Assembly: GCA_965202585.1 (NCBI GenBank) | Contig: OZ241829.1 | Span: 84,072,001-84,136,000, forward strand | Direction of reading: 5' to 3' | Length of the DNA stretch: 64,000 nucleotides | Origin: Thalia democratica | Lineage: Eukaryota | Shown here: positions 48,901 through 60,543 of the stretch, piece after piece | Layout: each line of letters opens with the position of its first letter | Position numbering within the stretch: position 1 is the stretch's first letter | Notes under the pieces: model-generated | Seen by the model: only the letters and a program-made list of their open reading frames with translations | The model's database searches: none | Told to the model about the DNA's origin: nothing | Position numbers and translations under genes: made by a program

Positions 48901-51900
48901 AACGTGGAACTTCATTTTCAGACATCTTGAACTCTTTCCATTCCATCTACCTTCAACTGATGTGTAAATTGTTGCTTGGTAAAGGGTAGCGTGTTGTTAT
49001 TTGAGTGTAAAATAATATAAATTCAGTGTACGGCATCTACCATTCTCTTTTACTAGAGTTTCCTTTATCTGCATCACGGTTTTGTTGTACTCCGTATTAA
49101 CTTTGGTTTCCTCTCTCATTGTCAGAATTGTTCTGTAGAAAGTTTGTTACTTAATCTAACTTTTTACAGGTATATATTTTTGATATATTTATAAAATAAA
49201 AAAGGTACCTTGACGTAACGCTTTAATGCATTCTGCAGGACTTGAAACTTTTTTTTTCTAAAATTTTTATCTTAAGTCTCTGACAAAAATTTCTTTCTAT
49301 ATTTACCTAATCCAGTTTCTGCGGATGCGTTTGTGGCCCTATATTTTTTTGCACCCCTTCAATCTTGTTACACTCCGAAGAGGAGCTAAATCTAATAAGA
49401 TATAAGGGACTTTGGTTGCTTTGGTGCATAAAACATATTTGTACTTCTTACTTACATATTTGTTTCTTGTGGTAGTTTCTCACAATTTTGGGAAATACCT
49501 GAAGTATAAATAATTTAAATTTAACCTTTATTAAAAATTATTATTTTATTAAACTAAGTGAACAACTTGTATAAGTAAAACTGATTTAGAAAAGTCAGGA
49601 AAATTTTGGTAAAAAGTTAGGAAAAGTCAGGAAATTTTTCTCAGCTCGATCAGTGGCAACCATGATCAAGTTTTAACTTTTAAAACGAACAATAAATTTG
49701 TTAACACGATACTAGTTTTATTGGTAAAAAATTTAGAATATCTAAAAAGAAATTATGGTTTAGTATTTTTTGAACTCCTGATAAACAACTTAAACGTTTA
49801 ACAAAAAGCGCAATAATCAACTAAAACTTACTTAACGAAACTAAAGTTTAATATTTCTATTTAGAAAATAATTAGAAATAATTATAAAAAGAAGAAAACT
49901 TTAACTAAATTTGTTATTAAGGTTCATTATTCTTAGAAAAAATATTAGGAAAATAGCATACTATGTGAAAAACAAAAGTTCATTTAAATAAGCACACAAA
50001 ATAAAAATACTATTATATCTAAATAGTTTCTACTTTTTCTTTAATCGCTTGAAGGCTTATTGTATAATGTATTCTCATATTTTAATTCCTATCCTCTTCA
50101 CTTCAATTAGAGCATTCAGCGCTTCGGCCAATTTATACCGCCAACAATCAAACTTGGCTGAATCCAGAATCGGCTTCAGCTTGTGAATGAACCTGTTGAC
50201 TACCAACTTGCCCTGAAGCAGTTCATCTACAGTGAATTCCACCTTTTTTGGAACTGATGTGTTTTCGGTATCTTTTCCCACATCGTAGCCAACTTGCACT
50301 ACCACGCACGCAAACCTTCGTTCTTCACCCTTTTGCACCTCAGCTTGATTGTTGAAGTCTATCATTCTTGCTCCGGTCGGACCAACGCGTGCGGTTAGCT
50401 CAAAAAAGTTACGAATCTGCAAAATTTAAAACATCTGAAAAAACTCGTGATAACGTCCTAGCGGGAACACAGCAATTTAAACTACCTCTAATGTTATTGA
50501 ATTTAATCTCAAAAAATGCAGTTATGTTTATACATCAAAAATGGAATGTTGTGGTACGAGTGATAACTGTATACAAGGCAATTTATTTTGCTCAACACCC
50601 CCTATGACTCTTTATGTCATGCCACTTGTGTAAACCAAGAAAATATTCATTAAACGGTAGCAATTTTTATAGGTAGTTTTAAATATCAGGTACTTTCAAT
50701 TGCAGCAAATTTGCAAAAGAAAAAAAACCAGATTTTTTGATGACGTCATTAACTTTGCTTAGGGTAGTTTTGAAGCTTAAACTTGTAAAAAAAAACAAAA
50801 TTGCTGTCTAAGCCTATGACAAATTCACTTTTTAATTTTCTAAAATGTAAATAATCATATCTGAAATAAAACAATATAATAGTACTAAACATTTCCTTAT
50901 GTTAACAAAATTATAGAAAAATTTTTTTGTTATCATAAAGTTACAATTTTAAATTCAAACACAAATTAAAAAATTATTTTTGAAATTTCTACAGTTTAAT
51001 GTATCTGTGTCTGGTCATAGTTTTTTTAGTTTATTTTATAAAGTGTTGCACATTGAAGCTATTTGGGTCACCAACTGTCTTTTTTATTTTCTTACTCTTA
51101 ATATTAAGTTTAACTTTTACTTTTTTTATAGATAATGGATATTCCTTTATCCTTATGAAGTTTTTAGACTGTTCTTCTTTATATTGAAAAAGAACTTTCT
51201 TGAATTCTTTAAAGTAAATTGCTGTTACTAATCTGGTATAATTTTTATCTAGCATGTGTTTTAAGCTATAACAGATGACTTTAATTAAATTACTTTTTTC
51301 AGGTTGAACAGCCAATTTTATGAATTCTCGAACAGATTTTTTTTTGTGCTTTTTAAGCATTATTTTTTAAAATATTCTGCTCGTGTCATCTTTAGGTGGT
51401 TGGTGACAACATAGTTTTTACTTTTGTAGTCCCACTGAACGCAATCTATATAGAAATTTTTTCGCCTTCTGAACTAAAAATTTTGCATGTCAACTACAAA
51501 TTGAATTTTGTTTTTCAACATTTTTAGCACACAACCTTACACTGCCTTACAATTTTTTAACATAGAATAAATGTCTTTTGTCTTGCCAAAATATTAATAA
51601 GGCTTAACATACAAATTTTGGTCAGGAATATCAATTTTCGTACTATTTCAAAATTTAATTTCTTTATCATGTTAACAAATATTTCTTTTTACTATTAACA
51701 CTTCAATTATTAATTGAGTTATTCTTTTTATTGAATAATTTATGCTGAGGTAACTTAAGACACGCTGCTTAAGTTGCTACATTTGAACCTTAAAACTTCT
51801 ACATAATCTTGGATTTTTTACTAACATGAACCATTGTTCGTTTTTTGTACAGCAAGTTTTTCAACGGAACTAAATGCACTGCGTCAACCTTTTTGTATGC

Positions 51901-52876
51901 CTTGTGGTTCAAATCAATTGATTTTTCATCCACGTTTTCAACTATGTAAAATGTAAGGCTTTCTCCTTGAAGTTTTTTTGTTATGGTTATTGACTTCTTG
52001 CAATTTTCTTTTTGTGAGCGAGTGAGAGTCAAACCTGTTTGTTTATAATTTTAATAAATATGTAGCAACCAAAAAAATTCCTGAAGTCTCCAGGCGAAGA
52101 TCGCTTGTCGGAAACAACTTTTGGGACAACTCTTACTTATCATAAAATTTTTTCTCTGTTCTTTTTAAGAAATACTTCTTTTTGAGGTTTGCTTTTAAGA
52201 GTTTGAAAAATGTCCGATATAGCTCCTTTCACAGAAGCAGCTGAATTTGTATACTCAGCAATTTATGTCTAACTTAAGTATCTGGCGTTCATATCCTATT
52301 TACTATGTAATGGTGAATGATAAACCTAATAAATTTTTTCCATATTTCGCTTAGTTCATCTGTATATTCTATCGTAACAATTTTCGTACGGTGTGGTGAG
52401 CTGGAAAACCAGTTATATACAATGGAAATTAGATCATGAACCTATATTTAAATTTATTAATTTATTTTTATAGTTCCATAAGGTATTGATTTAATAAAGT
52501 TGAGCATAAAATATTTAACACGATTTCCTAAAGTGCTTGAAATAAAATAGCTTAAGTTTAGCATTTTATACCACTGAAACAACACCTCTAGCTGTAAAAA
52601 GTAAAGGGCTGACTTTTCACAAGCGTTTTGTATCCCGTGGTTTGAGCAATTTATATGAAAAATATTCTTAAATTTCCATTCTTGCAGCCCATTTTGTTTT
52701 CCGACTGTGGAAGCCGCTCTATCTGAACCTGGTTATGAAAGTAGTTGAAGCAAAAAATGTTGTTTTTACCAAAAAACATTGTTTTTTTAAAAATTTTAAG
52801 TCTATAATTCATAAATATTAAATATTTTGATTGATAAAACACTTTTTACATTGCTTTAGAGTTAATATTTTGCTGT

Positions 52877-53116
52877 TTAATTGTGGGCTAACGATGTTGG
52901 TGACCCAACATCTAAAGCCTCAGTTGGGTCAGGGTGACTTACTGTGGGCAGATAGTCAACCTGACCTTTTTGTTCAGACTTTTCCTGCAAGCGGGGTGAC
53001 CTTCTAACAGGCGTATTTTCAGGACCCACTGCAGGCAACTTATCATTAATATTCTCCAAGTTGGACATAGTACTATAACTAATTTATAAGTGCTAATTTG
53101 TAATTATTAGTGGACA
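52877..53116 (-). mobile_element. Start of an element ORF (MSNLEN...VRRSPRLQEK); copy at 4-191
   Basis: 52912-53116 aligns with 4-191. Family not identified. Confidence 0.45.
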
Positions 53117-53507
53117 ATATATATAAAACACTTAAATCTACTCTAGACTACTTAATATAAATCAGACAGATAGTTTAGTGATGAATCTTTTATATAAAAC
53201 ACAACAAGAAATAATAGCATATACAAACTATAAATTACTATGAAAAACTTTTTAGAAACTACAATCTATTTAAATCTCTTTAAAATACTTCAAACAATAA
53301 ACTAAAAATTAAACAAAACTTTTAGTAAAGAAGAAACTGTAAAAGAATAAACTATTAACTATACCTGGCTTAAATATTAAAACAATTAAATACCAGTTAA
53401 AATATTCACTTTTAACACCAAACAATACTTACAATACACAATCACAAAATCAATACAAGTTCAATATCTTGTTGCTTCCAGCTGCACACCAACCCACCAA
53501 CTGCTTA

Positions 53508-53584
53508 CAAATACACTGACTGTCATTTTCTGATATTTAGTTGCATCAGAATTAGTTTGAAACACGTCAGATGATTCTCATTGG
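53508..53584 (-). promoter_or_regulatory. Possible minus-strand promoter (CCAAT, TGACGTG, Inr-like TCAGT)
   Basis: ATTGG at 53580-53584, CACGTCA at 53563-53569 and rc TCAGT at ~53515-53519, upstream of the ATG at 53068. Short motifs only. Confidence 0.25.
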
Positions 53585-54195
53585 CTAGTGCAATGAAGCG
53601 TGTCAAACTCAAAATATTCTCTGAGCTCAACTTTGAATAATGAATAATGCACGTATACATTACATAATAAATATTATAATAATTAAATCATTCTCCTTAT
53701 TAGCAAAAATAAAATCAACAATATTTTGACATATTTCTTAATCTAAAATAAAAGTCAACACAAAAATCAAATATATGTTAGAAATGAAACTGACTTAGTT
53801 TACTAGAACGAGTTTACTGTATAATTATTAAAAAAAAATCATAGTAATTCTAACTTTAATTTTATGTAAATTTTAATTTATTAACCTATTAAATTCTGTA
53901 AAATAAAAACTTTTTCCTTTAACTGTCATTAAACCTACTTACATCTGAGTAATCAAACAATGTCCAACTCATTGCATAAAAAAATATTTTCTTTTACAGC
54001 TAACGTGTTACAAGAATTATTCTATATTAAAAAAATAAAACAAAGAAAAATGTGTTTAAAGCTTATTTCATGTTTGAAATTTAAATTTAATAAGCTTTTT
54101 GTATTAAAATACTTTTATATTCAACAGAATGTATGTAAATAAATAACAAATTTAAACTTAATTAAATTAACAAAGCTTAAAAGTAATTTTCTTAC

Positions 54196-54909
54196 CTAGA
54201 AAACTTTGTCCAGCAGTATCTGTACTCTCATCCAGATAGAAAGAACAATGCTTCACCATAAAATCAGCTATGATTAGTCTTCTGCAAATTGGTGCGAGAG
54301 TATTGCATACAATCATTGTTGCTTTCCTCCTTTTAAGCGTTGCTGATTCGTGAGCTGTCCCAAGTGTCTTCATGACATCTATCTGGTGTTCGCCTGCTAG
54401 CAAGTTCCCGTGAAGAGCTTTTTGCAATGCTAACCTGACTTCTGTCTGGCGTACGTTTTCTTAAAGGAAATTGTTGAATTGCTGTTTAAAAAATTTTTAC
54501 ATCCTAAACTGATTTATTGAGTTGTGGTTATTTTCGACTGGAGATGCGCGTTTATGTCGGTCAGAATAAGAATGAACTTTTAAGTTGCTCTTTTTTGCTT
54601 GTAGTTCTACATTGCACCACTTGCAATAAGCTTTAGTTTCACAATTTGTTGGAGCAATCCAATCTAATAAGTAAAACAGCATTACACATAGTTGACATAA
54701 CAGATATAACTAATAAAACATTAAACACTATTTATATTAAATTTAATTTTAACTATATAATTTAAATTTATATAAAAAAAAAAACCTTTTAACTCATAAA
54801 CAGATTCCCAAGATTTCTGGTACCTCATCTTTTTAGGTGGTGGAAAATCTAAAGTTGGTAAATCTTCTTGGTCTGGAATTTCATTTAAAATAATTTCAAC
54901 GGTTCTTAC
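54196..54909 (-). mobile_element. Intron-containing hAT-like (ZNF862/C17orf113-type) transposase 5' relic
   Basis: Exon 54786-54909, a 122-nt GT-AG phase-1 intron, then exon 54196-54663 give YQKSWESVYELK/DWIAP...AYCKWC...H....H and FYLDESTD. A gtaag donor follows 54196. Internal frameshift. Confidence 0.65.
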
Positions 54910-55509
54910 CTACGAAAATGTAACTGCTAAAGTAATGTGTTTAGTGTGTAACTTTATAACTATTTGTAAATCCAAGAAAAAAAAACCTAAATGAGTACTT
55001 CATTAAAATATATTTTGATAAAGTTTTGCGTAATTTTTGTGGCGATTTCCATTTATATTATTATCTTCTCCATTTCTTTCTGCTGCATCATCTAGTTGGC
55101 GGTTTGGCTGAACCCACCTTCTTTTTGCAAGAATTGCCTCAAAAACTTTGTCCACGCAATTAAAATTAAAACAGCTTTATCCTATTTATTGTTGTCGAAA
55201 TTCTGGTGTTAGCGTTTTGTTTTCTAGTAAATCAAACGTTTATGTACTGCTTCGTTTTATTACCTGGTTTCGGTGAGCGTTAGCTGACCTGAAAACATGG
55301 CCTACCCCCTATGGCCTTAATCAAACAAATATATGTTGCTTCCCTTTTGTTAGGCAACAAACAATACACTAAGGGAACCACTGACCCGTAGCATTTACGA
55401 ATGATCAATAGTTTTTTAAAATTAATTCAATAAGAAAGCTGTTTGTTTTTTTCTCAACTTAAGAACGCCATTTCATCTTCTTTAACTTTAATTTCTGCAG
55501 GTATAACAG

Positions 55510-55665
55510 TGATATTTTTTGGTTCTTTTTTATTGCAAGTTCTATGCAGAGCAGGCCACAACTGGTGTCATCTTGTTCAAGAGAATGATCAAAAGTTTAT
55601 ATTTACCGTTGTCACTATCAAATACCCATGTGTTTTTATGTTTGTATTGCATCAGGATCCGTTTG
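55510..55665 (-). pseudogene. Ulp1/C48-like fragment
   Basis: The reverse strand caagatgacaccagttgtggcctgctctgcatagaacttgca reads QDDTSCGLLCIELA. Confidence 0.65.
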
Positions 55666-56239
55666 ATTTGTTAATTTAAATAGAAATACGAATGAGTACA
55701 TGCTCCTTGATACGTGTTTTTAAATTTCTTGAAGTTTGTCCGATATAACTACTTTCACAGAAAATTATGTTTGTAAAAAAACTTGTTGACGACCACAAAA
55801 TATCCAAACATAACCTTCTATTTCATTTTTAGAGAGGTAATTTTTATATTTACTTCCCTTATAAAATTTTCAAATAAAAAAATCAACCCAGTTTTCTTAA
55901 TTAAGTTTTTATTTGTCGAATTCAACCTTAAAATAGTTTGATTAATGATTCAAATTTTCAATCAAACTGGGTTTCCCCACATACTTGAAATTTTTTTATC
56001 TTTCATCATTGCAAAAATACTTGCTACAAGTTAGTTGATGCCATACCCTTGACGTGTTTTATTTTTAATTTGACTTGAATAAAGACTTGAATAACTTTGT
56101 TACTTTTGCATTTGATATTTCATTCGCATTGTTTTTAGAATTGTTTTTCTCCCAATTTCTCCTCGTTCATTTTTCATTTACGTTGGATTTATGAATCTGA
56201 TATTTTTCTAGTAGACTCTCGGTATTCATTATTATTTGT

Positions 56240-56830
56240 ATTACCATACTTTTATGTTTGGCTTCTATTGTATCAGGATCCGTGTGATTATGTACTTATG
56301 CAAACCGATTCACAATATCTTGTCCAAGCTGTTTGCATTTTAGATTATATTGAAACTTGTCCTCATGGTCTTTGAAATAAATGAATGTATCGTTGAATTT
56401 TATAATTGTTCAACATTTTTTATTTTTTATTTTTTTGCAACTATTCCTGCTGCTTTATTGTTAATGTTGTTTAAGATTTTAGTTTGGGCCTTTTTGTAGT
56501 TTGCAGTTAAATTATCCAGTTGTATTATGTTATAAAGGTCTGTATCAATTTTATATATGTTTTGTCAGCTCTGATTATAACATTTCTTTTTCTTTGTTTC
56601 ATTAATCAAAACATTTAAAATCATTTAAGTATTCACATCTACTTTTCTTAAATTTTAAGTTCTTGCATAATAAATCGTTTTCCGAACTTGCAGTTTTACT
56701 TGATATTGGAGCACTTCTATTTGAGGGGAGTATATTTTTATTACTATCAATTAATTCACCAACACAGAGCCAGCGAGTTGATCCCGGAGATCTGAGCCTA
56801 ATAGGAAATTCCCTTGAGATTTTGTTGTAA
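56240..56830 (-). mobile_element. Penelope-like ORF N-terminus joined in frame to an Ulp1-like segment
   Basis: SENDLLCKNLKFKK...ADKT...NYKKAQTKILNNINNKAA...FIYFKDHEDKFQYNLKCKQLGQDIVNRFA*VHNHTDPDTIE. Confidence 0.62.
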
Positions 56831-57955
56831 TAATTTTCCTATAAAACCCGCCTGTGTTGTGAACTGGAAAACCAGTTATATACACTGAAAACTAGATTAT
56901 TAACCTATTATTAATTCAATTATCAATTCAATTATTAATTTTAAGTTTCATAATGTATTGATTTAACAAAATTGAACAAAAAATATTTAGATTAATAATT
57001 GAAAAAATTATTGCTCATCTGAGAATTTTTATTAGAGCTCTTATTACTAGCTTGGAATTTTTAGATCAATTTCTAAGCTTAGTTAGTGCAAAGCACAACA
57101 ACATCTAAAGAAAATTTTAAAAGTGCAATGCACCAATATAAAATTTTTGAAAGTAAAATTTTTTGCTTCTATTTTTTTAGCTCCGGCATTCTTTCAGAAA
57201 CATTGATCATATGTTCAACAAAGTGCGTCATTAAGGGATGTTTCTTTGTTGCATCACGATCTTATCTTTGCTGCTGAAGTTCTATTATGTCGCTGGTCTT
57301 CAAATAGAAGAAGTTCTACCATCGTTTAGCCGGAACGAACAACTTCTACTGAGAAAACTGGACACGTACGTTCCGGTTGGTTGATTCTTCAAAAATATTT
57401 CTGTTGATCAAGCGTCATCTGTACTGCAGTATATTGATACCGTAAACACTTTCATAACATTCTAATTACATTCTCTTGTATCCTTTTTTCTTCTGAATCA
57501 AATAGTTTTTTTTCACTCTCCGTTTCGCACATGACTTTAAAGTTTTTTTAAAAATTTTTCTTTTTTCTATGCTTGCGTCTATTTTTGTCTTCAAATCTTT
57601 GGTAAGATGGCTTAAATCTTTCTTTTGTTTGAAATATTGTTCTGGAAGATTATAATTCGTAGAGATATTTCTGATAGACTTACGAAGTATTTAATCATTG
57701 GTGTATCATTTTTGAAATAAAATTAAGGATGTCTCTGTTGAAATAATTTTATTCCTGATTTTCCTCTTTCATTGCCAGTTTTGTGACTTTGGTAACTTGT
57801 CCTTTTTTAAGACGCTTTTTATTAATTGATTGATAGAGATTTTTAGGGTCATATCTCGAAAATATAGTTTTAATTCAGTCATTTTTTTTCGAGCTCTTCT
57901 TCTATCTCCTTATTATCAGGCACATAGTTTAGAGAAAAAAAATTCAAACCAAAAT

Positions 57956-59115
57956 TCAAAATCCTCGGTTTCGTTTGCCAACGACCAACTCGCCATACAA
58001 TAGAAACTTTGGGATCCGCTCAGTATTCATTCTCAGGATATGACCGAGCCAGCGAAGCCTGCGCTGACTGAGGGTAAAGTACATAGTGGTAAGACCAGTA
58101 CGTCTCAATACTTCCTCATTGGTGATCTTTTGCTGCCATGTAATTCCAAGGATGCGACGAAGGCATCGTAGGTGGAAGGTATTGATTTTCTTCTCCTGTA
58201 CGCTAGGTAACGTCCATGTCTCGCTACCGTAAAGCAGAGTACTGCAGACACAGGAACGGTAAACGTTAGCCTTTGTTCGAATGCTTAGCTTTTGGTTATC
58301 CCAAACTCTTGCAGTCAAGCGAGCGAAAGTGCCTGATGCTTTGCCAATGCGACTATTTATTTCTTTGTCCAATGATGCGTTTGACGCAACATTTGAGCCA
58401 AGGTATACAAAGTTATCTACATTCTCGATATCCTTACAATTGATCTTGATTGATGGTAAAATATTTGTTACTTGACTTAGAATTTTAGTCTTCTTAAGGC
58501 TTATAGTAACGCCAAACAGGATTAGGCTTATCACCGGTAACTGCCGTATTCCGTGTTGTGTCTTCGCGAAAAACCTGCGAAGCTGGAGTAAACCTCTCCA
58601 AGCACAAAGCCAGGGCATAACATTGAGATTCCAGCTGTTGCCCATGCAGCAGGATCTCACTCTCCACAGTGAGAAGAGCTCAGCGAAACAGCAAAGCTGT
58701 TACAGCCAAGATTCATCATTGTCGCAGGAGCTGCCGGAATGACATTGAATACAAAGTCAGACCGCCTACGTGGCTCCGACTACGGCTTTTTGATCAGAGT
58801 TTTGCATCTCCTAGAGGAATAGAAGTACAGTTCATCGGAGTTTCCTTTACCCCCGTGTTTAAGTCTTTACCATGTCTGATTTTTCCTCAGGGTTTACTCC
58901 CGAAGCCTTTGCTTAGCCAAAAGCAACCACAAGGCAGTGGTGGTCGGCAAAGGTTTTACAGAGCTGATGCTAAATCAGCTCCAACCCCAAGGGGAGATCA
59001 TGAAAGTTCTTCAGGGATCTTCTGTGTCATCTTTGTAATCTTTTGTGTCATCTTTGTGAACTTCTGTGTCATCTTTGTGATCATCTGTGTCATCTTTGAT
59101 AAGTGTCATTTTTGA
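57956..59115 (-). mobile_element. RTE-clade LINE, internally deleted (putative 5'UTR fused to the RT C-half) and 3'-truncated
   Basis: ORF 57956-58660 has FGVTISLKKTK, FVYLGS, RIGKASGTFARL, STLLYGSETW, FHLRCLRRILGI and RLRWLGH. A GC-richer leader lies at 58660-59115. Confidence 0.88.
59020..59103. repeat. 21-bp tandem repeat x4
   Basis: Unit ttctgtgtcatctttgtgatc with variants. An inverted partial copy is at 40078-40116. Confidence 0.9.
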
Positions 59116-59186
59116 TAAGTTTGTATATAATTTGACTATTTTCAAATCTTTCCTTTCTTATTCAATGTATTTGAACTTATTAAATA

Positions 59187-60543
59187 CTACAGATATATTA
59201 ACTCATTTACTACAGATGTATTGTAAGGTTTAATACAAGTTTTAAATTTCCATTGAGCAAAGTCTTTCAGAAAATAAAACACGCACGTGTTATGCTTTCT
59301 CCTTTTTTGCTCTGCTTCTGACAGTTTTGTTGTTTTATTTCCTACATTAAAATTAGTGGCTACATACTCGGTGGAAGTAAGTTTTGGTTTTTTGTTTGGA
59401 AGGTTTAAAATTTCATCTTGTTTCGAATGTTGCCGTTTGTCACACAATGAAACTTTGTTTTTTGTTTCCTTGGCAGTTTCAAATTCAAAATTGCCAAAAC
59501 TTGCTTCGAATGAAGTAAGTTTGGGTATTTTGTTTGGTAATTTTGAAATTTCATAATTTTTTAATTGTTGATTTGTAACACATAATATCTTAAGAGTTTT
59601 TGCTTTCTGGGTAGTACATATACATCCTTGTCCATGTGGAACAATAGAATAATTGTGCTCTTCATGAACACAGGAAAAACACTTAGGCTTTTCTTGATCT
59701 ACGTTAAACTTTTTGTAAAGTTCAATCAGCATGTGCTGTGTGGAAGCAGTCGCTTCCTGCGGACTTAAAAATTTCCAATCTTGTTCTTGACACAATTTAA
59801 GGAACGGAATTCTCGTGTCCATCAAGTCAATGTCAACTTCAGGATCAGTGTCTATTCTTCGTGCTCCGTCATTGTTAAGTATGACAACGAAGTTGTTCTG
59901 TTTTGTGTCCTTGAGATACTGACGTGCCTTACTTAACACAATTTTGTTCTTAGTGACGTCATACTGTGTATTTTTTGATGAATTTGTTGTTGTTCTTCTT
60001 TTTGGTATCTTTTGATCCAAAACTTTTTCCATTATATCCGTCCAGAGATCTCTTTCAAAGTATGAATGTTCTGTGACCGAACAGATTTCATCATTCTGCT
60101 CTTGATATCCTTTTATCAAGCCACGATTTTCTCCTTGTTCCAACCCTTTTTTGTACCAGAAGTTAAGCCTTTGTTGATCTGGTACCTTTTGGCTCGGTAA
60201 TGTTAAACAAGTAATCGTCACCTTTCTTTGGAGGACACGACCATATATGCCCAAAACGGTATCCTAGTCTGCCGCAGTATTCAAAATATCCAAGTATAAG
60301 CTCCATGTAAACCTCGGAGCGTATCCGATCATTAATTATTTTAACGGAGTCCAGGTAGCCTATGTAGACTCTGTCGTTGTTTGGCGATCCGCAGTCTTTG
60401 TATTCTTGAGAGTGAAGTCCGAAAAAGCAAATTTCCTTGCCATCTTTTTCTTGAAATGCAAAGAAAGCTCTTGCTCTGTATTTAATTTCTTCGGGGAAAG
60501 CTTCTTTAAATCTTGTTTCCATGATGTATATGTTCTCCTTCAC
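59187..60543 (-). pseudogene. CREBBP-like: Stand-alone p300/CBP-type histone acetyltransferase (KAT11) domain, intronless, one frameshift at ~60200
   Basis: ORF 60163-60543 reads YRARAFFAFQEKDG.EICFFGLHSQEY, RVYIGYLDSV, RSEVY and GHIWSCPP..GDDYLF. ORF 59187-60254 continues QKVPDQQRLNFWYKK, YFERDLW, NFVVIL and DPEVDIDLMDTRIPFL...STQHMLIEL, colinear with the p300 HAT domain. Confidence 0.92.

Noticed and set aside
58669-59115. Plus-strand 148-aa ORF
   Set aside because: It is the antisense of a GC-richer RTE leader and a 21-bp repeat, with no protein motif.
60190-60215. Programmed -1 frameshift in the HAT gene
   Set aside because: The required shift is +1/-2, there is no XXXYYYZ heptamer, and the region is shorter than p300. 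A small deletion explains it better.
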